NCBI GenBank assembly: GCA_951406725.2
Contig: OX597820.1
Coordinates: 29,140,001 to 29,204,000 of the forward strand
Direction: 5' to 3'
DNA from: Octopus vulgaris
Taxonomy: Eukaryota
Length of the DNA: 64,000 bases
Shown here: in pieces, positions 40,507 through 54,170 of the stretch
How the letters are laid out: each line of letters begins with the position of its first letter
Numbering within the stretch: position 1 is the first letter of the stretch
Program-made: the position numbers and the translations under genes
Notes under the pieces: model-generated
What the model was told of the DNA's origin: nothing
Databases searched by the model: none
The model's input: the letters and a program-made list of their open reading frames with translations, nothing else

Positions 40507-41546
40507 GGAATAGATGCACTAAGTAATGATGTGTATTTTTCCAAGACAACACACAGTGAATTGCTTTCGTATGGGTATGGATTCGAATATGCCCCAAACA
40601 TATTTGAACTGGTAAGAACTTTACACACACACACTCTCTCTCTATCACACAAACATACACTTATGTACTTATGTATGCATACATGTATACATAGATAGAC
40701 TGACAGACAGTCAAATACATACATACATACATACATACATACGTACATACATACATACATACATACATACATACATACATACATGCACGCTAACGTGTTA
40801 AGTGCATACACAGAATTACATAATAAACAATGCAGGCGAAAACGCAAACATTGTGAAATATATCCGTTAAATTTTTCATTGTGAAACGAGCATGAATAAA
40901 TACCATTAGTGATATTTGGAGTGGATCTCTTTTGTTTGCATGGAATTTGAAAACAGGCGCTTTATTGTCCAAACAAGCGTACATACGGAGTAAAAACACG
41001 CCTTACTATTAAATTATTCAAATGGATACGCAGAAATCATATATTAAACAATACAAGCTGATACGCAGACATTCAAACCGGGGACTTACAGGCGTTAAAA
41101 TTTCATAGAGATAAGTGAATTTTGAGTGACTTCTCTTCGTCAACATGCAATTTGTAAATAGATGGTTTGTTGTTAAAACAAGCGTGGAAAGTGTAAAGAA
41201 ACAGATCCCAGTTATGCTATTCACATGAAAGCGTTGAAGATGCATGAAAAATACACGCTAAATAGTGCAGCGAATACGCAACCATTCATATGTATCTTTT
41301 ATTGTTTGTCTTTTAATTGTTTCAGTTATAGGACTGTCACTATACTGGGCATCGCCTTGAAGGGCTTAGCCCGGTGGTTCTGAACCATTTTTTTCATCAA
41401 TAGACCCCTTTGTTTACCATTTTATTCTGGTGGACCCCCAAAGCCATTTGATGTTTAAAAACTAATTTTATAGATACTTCTTTCAAAATTCCTATTTATC
41501 TATTTATTTATTTATTTATTTTTTGTTATTAACTCATTCATTTGTA

Positions 41547-42410
41547 CGAGGTTTGATCAATAAGTATCCGGACTGTTACCATAGTAACGAAGTTAAAGTA
41601 CACAGACTAAAGTTGCTCGGCAAAGATTGATTTTGAACTCTGCTGTACATGTACACTAAGCTTTAAAGTTCTACATCACTTCCGCTGTTTGTAGCAGTGC
41701 TTGGAAGGAAGGTGTGTAGCGTGTGATCGTCGCATTGACCTTGACATAGAAAGTTGTCATGACGATACCTGCCCAAAGGTTTGCGCAAAGAAAGTGTATG
41801 GATAGGAGTCTATGAGCTGCACACAAGTGTATGAGTGGTTCAGACGTTTCCAAGATGGCCGAAAAAATGTCGATATTGACGAACGTTCTGGAAGACCAAC
41901 AACCAGCAGAACTGAGAAAACCATCGCAGATATGCGTACAGTTGTGAGGGTAAATCGTCGAATCAACATCCGTGAGTTATCAGAGGACATGCAGATTAGT
42001 CACCTTTCAGTTCAGTCCATTATCACTGAAGATTTGGGTATGAGACACGTGTCTGCCAAAACTGCTTTCAGCTGACCAAAAAGACACTCGGGATTCAGTT
42101 GCACAAGATCTCCTTGATTGTGTTGAGAACGATGAAAACTCTTTGAAAACTTTGCGTCGGCTTCTAAGCAGGTATCGTCATGCTTTTGACAAAATCAGAT
42201 GCAGATTCTCTGCTCAGCTTTCTTTGTTATGGTCAATGCGGCGACCACACTCTACACACCTTCCTTCCAAGCACTGCTGAAAATACCGAAAGTGAGCTAG
42301 AATGATAAAACTTAGTGCGTACGTATAATAGAGTTCAAGGTCAGCTTTGCTCTGCGTGCTTTAGCTTCATTACTATGGCAACAGTCCGGATACTTATTGA
42401 TCAGATCATG
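41547..42410 (+). mobile_element. Non-autonomous mariner derivative with ~200-250-bp inverted arms
   Basis: TA-flanked TIRs ...TGATCAATAAGTATCCGGACTG; internal HTH fragment QVYEWFRRFQDGRKNVDIDERSGRP. Confidence 0.88.
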
Positions 42411-42851
42411 TATAGGTTCAAGTATGTAAAATGTTAAAGAAACCAAGCTGGGTTTTCTTTATTTTATTTATTTATTTATTCTTTTTTTGCAAAACATTAA
42501 GCTTTTCACGGACCCTTAAAATACTACTGTGGATACCTTGTTTACTATTTTGCTAGAACGGACGCCCAAAATTCCCATGTCGACTCCTAGTAGTCAAACG
42601 GACCCCTGTACCTTTCATATTCAGCCTGATATTTATTTGATCATTCTGTTCGCGAACTGCCAAGTAATGCGGTTGTCAAATAGTTTTGGGGAACGAATAT
42701 AACATATACACACACATATGTTTCGTCTACCAAATCCACTCCCAAGGTTTTGGCTAACACATGTCTTAGGTGCTACGCAGTGGGACTGGACCCAAGGTAA
42801 CGTTGTTGGGAATCAAGCTTCTTAACCACACAACCGCTCCTGCGCCTAAAT

Positions 42852-42946
42852 AATATATAGAACGCTTCACGAAATTGCGTGTCATCCTTGTATAAGGGCC
42901 ATGCTATTTTTTCTCTATCGATCTAGATTTAGTCTATGTACTATCG
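42852..42946 (-). pseudogene. U6 snRNA pseudogene, diverged and lacking the 5' stem
   Basis: Minus strand ...TAGCATGGCCCTTATACAAGGATGACACGCAATTTCGTGAAGCGTTCTATAT matches U6 ...TAGCATGGCCCCTGCGCAAGGATGACACGCAAATTCGTGAAGCGTTCCATAT; ACAGAGA box mutated. Confidence 0.88.
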
Positions 42947-43127
42947 TTTAATATTTTATTCAGAAACAACCACATGTAATAAACAATAGCAACACTCATC
43001 ATTGAATAAGGAACATTGTTTTCTTTAAAAAATCAATAGGGATAATTGGATTTTAACCATTGTCTGAAGAACGGGAAATAGAGAAACTAAATGATAATTG
43101 TAATGTGAGAAACGTATAATATAAATG

Positions 43128-43430
43128 GTAAAGACCCCCTTCCGTCATGAATGACCATGGGACTGCACCTAGAAAGTTCTCCTCCGTGGTATAAGTCCAG
43201 ACAAGGTTGATTATGGAAGACCAGCAGCCACCCATGCATACCAACTTCCCCAAGGGAAAGAAAAGGCCGATACAGCTTGGTACCAGTGACGTCACAACTC
43301 ATTTCAACAGCTGAGTGAACTGAAGCAATGTGGAATAAAGTGTCTTGCTCAAGAGCACAACACAGCCCGGTCCGTGAATCAAACTCGCTACCTCATGATT
43401 GTGAGCCCGGCGCTCTAACCACTCAGCCAT
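43128..43430 (-). mobile_element. SINE type C
   Basis: Reverse complement of 3475-3795. Confidence 0.85.
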
Positions 43431-43457
43431 TAAATATATATATATATATATATATAT

Positions 43458-43815
43458 CTTTCTCTTTTTCTCTTTTACTTGTTTCAGTCATTTGACTGCG
43501 GCCATGCTGGAGCACCACCTTTTAGTACTTATTCTATCGGTCTCTTTTTGCCGAACCGCTAAGTGACGGGGACATAAACACACCAGCATCGGTTGTCAAG
43601 CAATGCTAGGGGGACAAACACAGACACACAAACACACATATACATATATACGACAGGCTTCTTTCAGTTTCCGTCTACCAAATCCACTCACAAGGCATTG
43701 GTCGGCCCGGGGCTATAGCAGAAGACAGTTGCCCAAGATGCCACGCAGTGGGACTAAACTCGCTACCTCATGATTGTGAGCCCGGCGCTCTAACCACTCA
43801 GCCACTCCTGCGCCT
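43458..43815 (-). mobile_element. SINE type A with chimeric head
   Basis: Type A body and tail; 49 bp of the head identical to the neighbouring type C SINE. Confidence 0.85.
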
Positions 43816-44152
43816 ATATATATATATATATGCACATATATGTATATATATATATATACACACACTCAAGCACACATGCAGATGTATACATCAACACACA
43901 CACACACACATACGCACACTTACATATACACATAGAGACGCATACATACACATATGCATATGTTTGTGTCTAGGGATTGGATGGACGTGTGTTTGTATTA
44001 ATGATTCCTACAGGAACAGTTCCGCTTCTTTCCCTACAGAATTCAGAATCATATAACAATAATACACACACAAACACACACACACACACACACACATATA
44101 TACATACATAAATATATATATATATACATACATACATACATACATACATACA

Positions 44153-44239
<87 letters not shown>

Positions 44240-44657
44240 TCGTATGTGTCTGTACGTGTGTACGTATACTGCAGTGTGATCCGTCATATGACGATAACGA
44301 TTAGCATATACATTTATCACTGCGGTTAATATCAGATAATGTTACAATAACAAAATAATGATAATTCTGTATTTCTTCTCATTTTATGGTACTTATACAA
44401 AATAATCATATGGATATTAATTTTCGAAACAAAGATATTTTTGGGAATTAATAACAAAATTAATATAAAATTTTGCTATGTATCTTTGTGATAAACATTT
44501 ATTATCAATATTAATAGTACTATTTAGCAGTTAATTTTATAACAGATAAAGCATATTTATTTCAAATGAGATGGTGTTGCATTTTTAATATCACCAACCG
44601 ACCAGCAGTTTATATAATTAGTAGAGTATTATCAATTATATGGCAGCGTTTTAATAT

Positions 44658-45320
44658 TGGTTTCAAATTTTAGCACAAGGCTAGAGATTTGGTGGGGGTG
44701 CTGGTCGATTACATCGACCCCAGTTTTCAACTGGTACTTAATTTATCGACTCCCTAAAGGATAAAAGGCAAAATCGACCTCGGCAGAATTTGAACCCAGA
44801 ACGCGTAGACAGACAAAATGCTACTAAGCATTTTACCCACCATGCTAACGATTTTCCCAGCTCGGTCCCTCACAGCGTTTTAATATCAGGAATATATTTT
44901 TGCCACTAAGCGGGATATTAAGTATACTCTTTACTCTTTAATCTTTTACTTGTTTCAGTCATTTCACTATGGCCATGCTGGAGCACCGCCTTAGTTTGTA
45001 AGCCTAATACTTATTCTATCGGTATATTTTGCCGAACCACTAAGTTACGGGGACGTAAACACACCAGCATCGGTTGTCAAGCGATGTTGGGGGGGGGGGG
45101 ACAAACACAGACACACAAACATATACACACACCCATACATACATATATACATATGTACGACGAGCTTCTTTCAGTTTCCGTCTACCAAATCCATTCACAA
45201 GGCTTTGGTCGACCTGAGGCTATAATAGAAGACACTTGCCCAAGGTGTCATGCAGTGGGACTGAACCCGGAACCATGTGGTTCGTAAGCAAGCTACTTAC
45301 CACACAGCCACTCCTACACC
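44658..45320 (-). mobile_element. SINE type D (44658-44870) and SINE type A (44928-45320)
   Basis: Reverse complements of the respective consensus sequences. Confidence 0.85.
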
Positions 45321-45759
45321 TGAGTATAATAACATTTTTACTTCTTTACTTTTTAATATATCATGTTGATTATAGAAAAAAATATTAATCTGATTTTGAA
45401 CATAAAATAGTTTAACTTAAAATAAAATGAAATTAACCAAATTTCTCTCATATATTTGCAATAATTATATATAATCAATAATAATAATTCTCTTTAACAA
45501 CTGATTACTGTATTACTTTATTACTCTGGTAATATGGGGTGGAGAAAATTTTACAAAAATAACAATACTTTCACTTGGGTTGTATTTTTCACTATAGAAG
45601 TTAAGCACTAGAAGCGTTTACATTACATCAAAATTTACCATTTCGACAGATTTAAATTTCTTAAGTGGTGAATATACAATGCGTATGTGTATATGTATTG
45701 GGCATCAAGATAATGTGCACATGTATATACATACATACATAGACACATACATAGATACA

Positions 45760-45801
<42 letters not shown>

Positions 45802-45805
<4 letters not shown>

Positions 45806-45936
45806 TTAGCGGTTCGGCAAAAGAGACCGATAGAATAAGTACTGGGCTTACAAAGAATAAGTTCCGGGGTCGATTTGCTTGACTAAAGGCGGTGCTCCAG
45901 CATGGCCGCAGTCAAATGACTGAAACAAGTAAAAGA

Positions 45937-45938
<2 letters not shown>
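45802..45938 (+). mobile_element. 5'-truncated SINE type A in (TA)n
   Basis: 3' 137 bp near-identical to 47147-47283. Confidence 0.85.
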
Positions 45939-45992
<54 letters not shown>

Positions 45993-46210
45993 AAAGGGGT
46001 TTGTATGATTGTGTATAGAGGGATATATATTATTCAAAGTAATTCCAACTCTGTCTGTTTTTTATGTTTTATTTATATTCTTTATAATATCAATGTAGAA
46101 TATAGAATATATAGTATAAATAATATATATAGTAAAATGAAATGAAGTATTGATTGTCTTATTGAACAGATGAAATATTGAATATAAAATATATGTATAT
46201 ATATATTAGC

Positions 46211-46242
<32 letters not shown>

Positions 46243-46845
46243 ATGTACATACATATATATATATTCTTTCATTCTTTTATTTTGTTTGTTTCAGTCATTT
46301 GACACATTTTAATAATGATTTATCTAAAATTATTTACTCATTTGTCAATTCTACTTATTTACCTGACTAACTGTTTACTAAAATTGTTTAGAAAATTGCA
46401 GATTTTTCACATTTAAAGATTGCTTTTTTCATTAATTCATATAAAACTGTTAGTTTCAATGTTACAACTACAGCAAATAACTCATAATGGTTATAAACTA
46501 TATAAAAGTTAATATTATTTTCTGGAACTTGTTTCGTTTCTTTTACTCCAGAAGTCTATTGTAGTTAATGTTAGTTCACTATTCTAAACGGAATATTTGC
46601 ATAAAATTTTTTGTGCAAATGTTTTACCTAAGAAAGTCATTTATGACCACATTTCTTCATGTAATGTAAAAGCTTAAACTTGAGGTGCTGCTGATGAAAT
46701 GAGATCTAATTCAGATGAAACAATTGTAAATTGATGTAGTAAAAAGTCTTGCTTACTCCTTCTTTTTTTCCATTCTCATTTATATTAATGCACGCGTGTA
46801 TGTGTGTCTATGTGTGTCCGTGTATGTATATGTTTGTATACATAG

Positions 46846-47006
46846 AGGCACAGGAGTGGCTGTGTGGTAAGTAGCTTGCTAGCAATCACATGGTTCTGGG
46901 TTCATTCCCACTGCGTGACACCATGGGCAAGTGCCTTCTACTATAGTCTCAGGCCGACCAAAGCCTTGTGATTGGATTTGGTAGACAGAAACTGAAAGAA
47001 GCCCGT

Positions 47007-47043
<37 letters not shown>

Positions 47044-47283
47044 ATATATATGTATGTATGTATGTATGTGTGTGTATATGTTCGTGTGTCTGTGTTTGCC
47101 CTCCCAACATCACTTGACGACCGATGCTGGTGTGTTTACGTCCCCGTCACTTAGCGGTTCGGCAAAAGAGACTGATAGAATAAGTACTAAGCTTACAAAG
47201 AATAAGTCCTGGGGTCGATTTGCTCGACTAAAGGCGGTGCTCCAGCATGGCCGCAGTCAAATGACTGAAACAAGTAAAAGAGA
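46846..47283 (+). mobile_element. SINE type A, full length
   Basis: Complete head, internal microsatellite and tail. Confidence 0.9.
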
Positions 47284-48035
47284 ATACATAGACTTTGTGA
47301 ATTGTAATATCCATCGATAACTTTATTATACTTCTGAACTACGAAGTATTATATTCCCACTGATGAAGATTTTGTGAAGACGGTTGACACAGAAGCTTAG
47401 TTATACGTACATACATATAAAATAGATACACGCACACATGTGTATGTTTTCTGTGTATGTCTATATATATATTCATGAACATATATACATGTGTGTGTAT
47501 CTATGTATGTATGTATGTATGTATGTATGTATGTATGTATGTATGTATGTATGTATGTATGTATGTATGTATGTATGTATGTATGTATGTATGTATGTAT
47601 GTGTATGTATATGTGTATAGACATGCGCACATTGTCTCGAAGCCCAACACATATACACATATACATACACATTGTATATCCACCACTTCAGAAATTTAAA
47701 TGCAATGCTGTATTAACTGATAAGTGAACGGACTTCACATGAAAAAGAAACGATATACCAAAGATTTAAAGAATGCGAAACTTTGTTAATCAAAGTGGTT
47801 TATTTCACAAACTGATAATTCTCCTGACACAATCACGACATCGTTTCTGAACGAACGATTTCTTCGCTTTGTTGTCTACAATATTATTGTTGCATCTTCT
47901 GCGTGACCTCATAGTTAATATGATCTTGTTTGGCTACAACTCTGGCAGGATCGAACAGGTCTGTCATCGAATGCGTTTCTATCCGGCACATTCTTTGTTT
48001 TAATCAATCGCTATCTACGTTGCTTTGTATACGCG

Positions 48036-48067
<32 letters not shown>

Positions 48068-48098
48068 CTTCTTCTTCTTCTTCTTCTGTGCTTTTGTA

Positions 48099-48318
48099 TA
48101 ACCTTTTAGAGTGCAAATTACTTTGTTAAATCTAATGCTTATTCATTTACATTGTTTTAAATTAACCATGCATTAATTCGTAGTTTCGACTTTTCGATGG
48201 CATGAACTTTTTGTACGACTTTGTAAAGTATATGTGAGATGCTGGATATGGCTGGGTTGAACATAAAAGCAGTAAAATATTTAGATCAGATATGGCTGCT
48301 TCAAATGCTAAACGGTTA
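48099..48318. mobile_element. Probable MITE with piggyBac-like ends
   Basis: Imperfect terminal inverted repeat TAACCTTTTAGAGTG / AATGCTAAACGGTTA. Confidence 0.4.
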
Positions 48319-48511
48319 GGACACTATAATGTGATTAAACAGGTAGTGACCTCCAAGTTTCGCTGGCAACAACTCATAAGACATTAAAAGTTCGACGTTG
48401 AAAGAAGATCTAGCTCAGAAATGTTTGAAACTATGAATTAATGACCAAGAGGAAAGCTACCGTTGCCAGGATGTAAAATTCCGGCATGTATAGCATTTAT
48501 ATTGTGTTTAA

Positions 48512-48941
48512 TATAAGAGGGGAAGTCAAACATTGTCCACACTTTCGCCATAACATTTCTTTATTACTATCACATTGCCTTCTGTGCACATGTGCTTGTA
48601 GTTGATACTATTGTGGTCACGCGATCGTAGTTTGAGCCTGATCACGCCATTTTTCTTACTGGTTTTACAATGTAAGTATGACGGCTCCGCTAGCAATGTG
48701 CACCAAAGAAGAACAAAGAGCAGTGATCCGATTTCTCTGAACAGAAGGTGTGTCAAGTGTTGAAATTCATCAGCTGCTTTTAACAAAATACGGGGACAGT
48801 GCACCACCGCGTAGAAGTCTGTATGAGTAGATCGAAAATTCTAAAAGTGGCCGGACAAGCGTGACACACGACGAGGGAGCAAGATGTCCGGCAGCCTCCA
48901 CCACTGACGAGAAGATTCAGCAAGATCGAGAGATTGTAATG
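48512..48941 (+). mobile_element. 5' fragment of a mariner element
   Basis: From ATG 48678: MTAPLAMCTKEEQRAVIRFL*TEGVSSVEIHQ...LYE*IENSKSGRTSV, mariner N-terminal HTH with stops. Confidence 0.75.
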
Positions 48942-49107
48942 TTTTATAAATGGGGACAGAATGAATGCTAAAATGATACGATTTAAAAAAAAAAGAAAAG
49001 AACATAATTTATAAGAAGATGGACTGTCAATGCAATAAATTTTTATTGAAATTTTTATTTAGAAACAACCACAGAGGCATAATAATAACGCATGAAATAA
49101 ATGATAG

Positions 49108-49438
49108 ATCTCTTTATTGGCCACGCAGGGCTGAACACAGAAGGGACAAAATACAAAGCAGAGCTTTTCTTTTTGGGGAAGAAGAGAAGGGAAAAAAAGG
49201 AAAAAAGTGTCGAATTCCGGTCAAAAGGGATCGTGAAAAAAAAAGTGGTGCCGATCAATAGGGATCGTGTATCACAGAAATGTCAATGTAAAAAGGGAAA
49301 ACAGATTAGGTTTGTCCGTGGATAGAAAAGCCTACGGAAAAGACCACGGGAACCTTGGTCAATAGTGTCATGCAAAAAGAAAACACATTACAGTAACTGG
49401 CTCTCCTTTTTCCTTTCGTTTTTTTTTACTTTTGGTTC
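49108..49438 (-). mobile_element. Retroposed 3' UTR-like insert with ~21-bp TSD
   Basis: TSD AACGCAT(GA/AT)AATAAATGATAG at 49087-49107 and 49439-49459; ends GTCCCTTCTGTGTTCAGCCCTGCGTGGCCAATAAAGAGAT. Confidence 0.75.
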
Positions 49439-49904
49439 AACGCATATAATAAATGATAGCAACGCTCGTCATTGAAACAGAATCATTCTTTTCGTTCTTT
49501 TTATACTAAAAATCAATTGGGAGAAGTGGATTTTAACCTTTGTCTGAAGAACAGGAAATAGAGAAATTAATAATTGTAATGTAAGAGACGTATGATATAA
49601 AGGGTAAAGAACCCCTTCGGTCATGAATGATCGTAGAATTGCACCTAGAAAATTCCCCTGACAAGTCTCCGGCACAAGTCTGGACGATGTTGTTTGTGGA
49701 AGACCAACTGTCGCATATGCATATCAGCCTCCCATCCCCACGCCTTCTTCTTCTTCTTCTTCTTCTTAGTGAATGATAAAATGATACGATTATAAAAAAG
49801 AAAGAATAGAATTATAAAGAGATGAACTGTCAATGCAATAAATTTATACATATCATTGTATGAGAAAAATGAAATCATAATAAATGGATGACAAAGATAA
49901 TAAC

Positions 49905-51400
49905 GGATGACTCTATGAGAAAGACGATGGTGAAATTGAAGGTCTATTGTGTACTGTGAAAGCATTCAGTGATGACATCGGAATGGAATTTGGTCTTGAA
50001 ATATGTGTCAAGGTCACTTTCCAGAAAGGGAAATTGAAGATCTCTATTCAGTGATGTTAGATGTTGATACAGTTGTAAAACAACTTGAGCAGGAACAAAC
50101 TTGCAAATATATCGGAATAAATGAGGGCTCTGACTTTCAGCATGCAAGCATGAAAGAGAAGATCGGGAAGGAATGTTACAGGCGAGTTCGAGCAGCTCTA
50201 AAATCCGAGTTAAATGCACGTAACAAGGTGTTAGCCCTAAATTTCATAGCAGTTCCATTTGTTATTTACAGTTTCAATGAGTTGAACTGGAACATAAGAC
50301 AAATAAGAAAGATTGACAAGAGAATCCGTAAGCTGCTTACTTACAATAAGATGCACCACCCAAAGTCAGATGCAGATTGTCTTTACCTTCCAAGAGCTGA
50401 AGGAGGTCGAGGCTTGATCCAGTCTGAAATTTCTTACAAAACCACCACAATTGGACTGGTCAAATATCTTAAAACATCTAACGACTGGATACTAAAACTC
50501 CTTAAAAACACGAGAGATGTAAGAAGCTTCATTCTATCATGAAGGAGAGCAAAAATTTACTAGTGAGTTCATGCATAATATCCAGATTGTACAGTATGAT
50601 GGAAGCGTGGCAACTGTTGTAGTAAAGAAGGGGAAATCAATAGCAAAGCAAAAATCGCTTGAACAATAGGCTGGTAGGTGGAACAAAACCCTCTACATGG
50701 CAAATATATGGCCCGAAGCAAACAAGCTGATGTAGACCAGAAGTACACCCATCACTGGCTACAGAGCTCAACGCTAAAGGTAAAGAGTGACGGCTTTATT
50801 TCAGCTGCTCAAGATCAGAGCATATTGATCCGAACTACCAAGCCAACGTGATGATGAAATATGGAGTAGACCAAAGTACCGATACTGCAACGATGAAATT
50901 GAAACAGTGGACCACCTAATCTCTGGGTGTAAGGTTTTAGCACCAGTAGAGTATAAATCTAGACATGACAGAATTAGCCAATACTGGATAATATGTCGGC
51001 ATTATAAAGCCAAAATTGCTGATAAATGGTACAAGCGCCATCCTGAGGCTGGAGACTGTAACTGAAGCAGAAAATGCAACAATTATTTGAGATTTTCCAG
51101 TATATACAAACTAGACCATCATAACTAATAAAACAGATATCGTTGGGAAAGACCAAAACAATAAAATTTGTTTATTGATTCACATGAGCATATCTTGTGA
51201 TCATAATATCTCGTCAAAAGTATTTGATAAGGTCAGAAAATATAAAGATGTGTTAATTGAAATCGAAAACATGTGGCATCTCAAAACGGTTACAACACCA
51301 GTGAATGTAGGAGCACTTGGAATGATCAAAAAGGGAACTGAAAATTATTTGAGGATGATTCCTGGCTTACCATCCATGCAGAAAGAGCAAAAAGTTGTTT
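49905..51400 (+). mobile_element. Decayed R4/Dong-clade non-LTR retrotransposon (RT end, CCHC knuckle, RLE endonuclease)
   Basis: FSDDIGMEFGLE, HHPKSDADCLYLPRAEGGRGL, SAAQDQS, RYCNDEIETVDHLISGC, RHD, KYKDVLIEIENMW...VGALG; frameshifted. Confidence 0.88.
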
Positions 51401-51794
51401 TAACCGCTAAGCATTTTGCCCGGCGTGTTATAGGCACATGGTCTTAAGTTTTGGCGCGGGGTAGGTGGAAGTCAATTATATTTATCCCAGTGCTCAACTG
51501 GTACTTATTTTATTGACCCAGAAAGGGATGAAATAAATTCAACCTCAACGACGCATTCCAGTAAGCTCGGACGTCAGAAGACCTGTAGAAATAGCCCGGG
51601 AGAAAATTTTCCACCAGGACATATGTTAAAATGCAAGATGGATTGTGAATGACGTCAATGGATCGAAGGATGCATGCGTTTCTGTATCGTTTCACTTCAT
51701 CACGCACGTACATGCATGCATACATTCATGCATGTATACATACAGACAGACAGACAGACATATACGCACATACATATACACATATATACGTACA

Positions 51795-51828
<34 letters not shown>

Positions 51829-52675
51829 CATACATACATACATACATACATACATACATACATACATAGGCGGATCCTCCAAATCCAATCTATTAGCGAC
51901 ACAGTGAGGATTTATAAGGCATTCCAAAAATCCCGCCATATGAGTTTCTTATATGAACAGATGCACATACTTAGGGGTATGCATCGACAGTTCAACCTAC
52001 ACACCAACTCAACCACACATTTACAAACACCGGGATCTCTCTTAACTCAAAAGGCTTTGTTGCTTTGTAAGCAACCGGTTTTGAACTCTCTCAAGAAGAA
52101 CTTAAAATAAACTGAAAAAATCATACATACATACATAAACATACATATAAATGATTGGTCTTTTATTAAATCATCGATGATTAAGTCATTGCTAATCGTG
52201 TATTAAGCACCAGGTCGCCAACCGTCAAGTAAAATTATTGTAACGGCCGTTTAACAAAGTGAAAGTAGATTGCTGAATTCAAAAACCGTTCGTTTGATTG
52301 TTAGTCACTATTACCTAAATGTGACTTAACGTTGAATAATTGCAGTGAATTTCATTCACAGTGCTGCCTTCAAAAGGGAAGGTCACGGCATATAATGTGG
52401 TTCCGGATACTTCTGATAACAACTAGATCACTTATGGGCAACCTGTGTCTCGCGAGTATTTGATTGACGCGCCTCGTGAAAAATTACCTTGAATTTTTCA
52501 GTGATTCAGTTCGCCTGATGATGATCCATGCCTCGTTTAGCTTGCTTCTCGAAAAAGAATGTCCCAGCCAGTTCGAGATCTCATAGCAGGAACACATTTA
52601 TCAGCGTTCCCCTAGGGTTAAAGAACAACGGCATAACATTCTATACAATCACCTTTCAATATTATAATACATATA

Positions 52676-54170
52676 AAGGAGGTGAGCTGGCAGAATTGTT
52701 AGAACGCCGGGGGAAGTGCGTAGCCGTATTTCGTCTGCCGTTACGTTCTGAGTTCAAATTCCGCCGAGGTCGACTTTGCCTTTCATACTTTCGGGGTCGA
52801 TAAATGAAATACCAGTTACTCACTGTGGTCGATATAATCGACTTAATCCCGTTTGTCTGTCCTTGTTTGTCCTCTCTATGTTTAGCCCCTTGTGGGAAAT
52901 AAAGAAATAAATATCATAATACATATAAAGGCGGCGAGCTGGTAGAATCGTTAGTGAAGTGCTTAGCGGTATTTCGTCTGCCGTTACGTTCTGAGTTCAA
53001 ATTCCACCGAGGTCGACTTTGCCTATCATCCTTCCGGAGTCGATTAAATAAGTACCAGTTACGCACTGGGGTCCATGTAATCGACTTAATCTCTTTGTCT
53101 ATCCTTATTTGTCCCCTCTATGTTTAGTCCCACGTGGGCAATAAAGAAATAATTGCATATAAAAGCGGCGAGCTGGCAGAACCGTTAACATGTCGGGCAA
53201 AATGCTCAGCGGCATTTCTTCCGTCTTAACGTTCTGAGTTCGAATTTCAACGAAGTTTACTTTGCTTTTCGTCCCTTTAAGGCTCGATAAAATAAGTGCT
53301 AGTCAAGTACTAGAGTAGATATAATCGACTTAACCCCTCCTCTGAAATTACCGGCCTTGTGCCAAAATTTGAAATCAATATTATTTGGTTGTCCGGAAAA
53401 TTCGTGCCGATTTTTAAAGGAAAGATAAAGGTCAATAAATACTTGTCATTACATTTTTAATCAACCAAATATGAACCATTTTGTTGCACAATGTGTCTTC
53501 ATCTTTCCATTAACTTGAAAACACCCTCTTCCCAGAATTGAGGGGGTTTCATGGCAAACAATTCATTAAGGTATCTTTTTACGTCATCCAAGGAATTGAA
53601 ATTTTTGCCATTAAGACTATTCTGCAGAGACCTGAATAAGTAGAAATCCGAAGGAGCAATAACTGGTGAATATGGAGGGTGGGGTAACACATCCCAGCCG
53701 AGCTGCAGCAATTTTTGTCTGGTTCCCAAAGCATCAAGTGCCGAAAATGAACTTTCTTATCTTCCATTTTAAAGGGTTACAGAATTAACACAGGATATAG
53801 GAACATAAACCTTCTTCCATGAAAAGATAGCTTAAACTGTGCTCTAAATGGAGGTGCAGTCAAATCCTATTTTATGGACTCAACCATCTTCTAAAATAAG
53901 TCGAAATTTAAGCTACTATAAATCGGCACGAACTTTCCGGAAAACCCAATATAATACATATTAAGGCAGCGAAATGGCGGAATCGTTAGCATGCGGGACA
54001 AAATTTTTAGCAACATTTCGCCCATCTTCACGTTCTGAGTTCGAATCCCCCCGAAGTCGACTTTGCCTTTCGGGATCGATAAAATAAATACCAGTCAAGC
54101 TGTGTTCGATTTGATCAACTAGCCTCCCTCCCACAAAAGTCTCAGGTCTTGTGCCACTGGTATGAACGAA
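52676..54170 (+). mobile_element. Stack of four head-to-tail SINE type D copies plus a nested mariner
   Basis: Copies at 52676-52911, 52928-53150, 53162-53381, 53963-54170 separated by ATAATACATAT-like sequence. Confidence 0.88.
53384..53949 (-). mobile_element. Second copy of the internally deleted mariner
   Basis: Same TIRs, TA flanks and deletion junction as 10559-11133. Confidence 0.92.

Noticed and set aside
40800-41280. Repeat-free islands that may be regulatory (also 9450-9830, 28860-29080, 60480-60730)
   Set aside because: Absence of repeats alone is not evidence of function; needs cross-species conservation.
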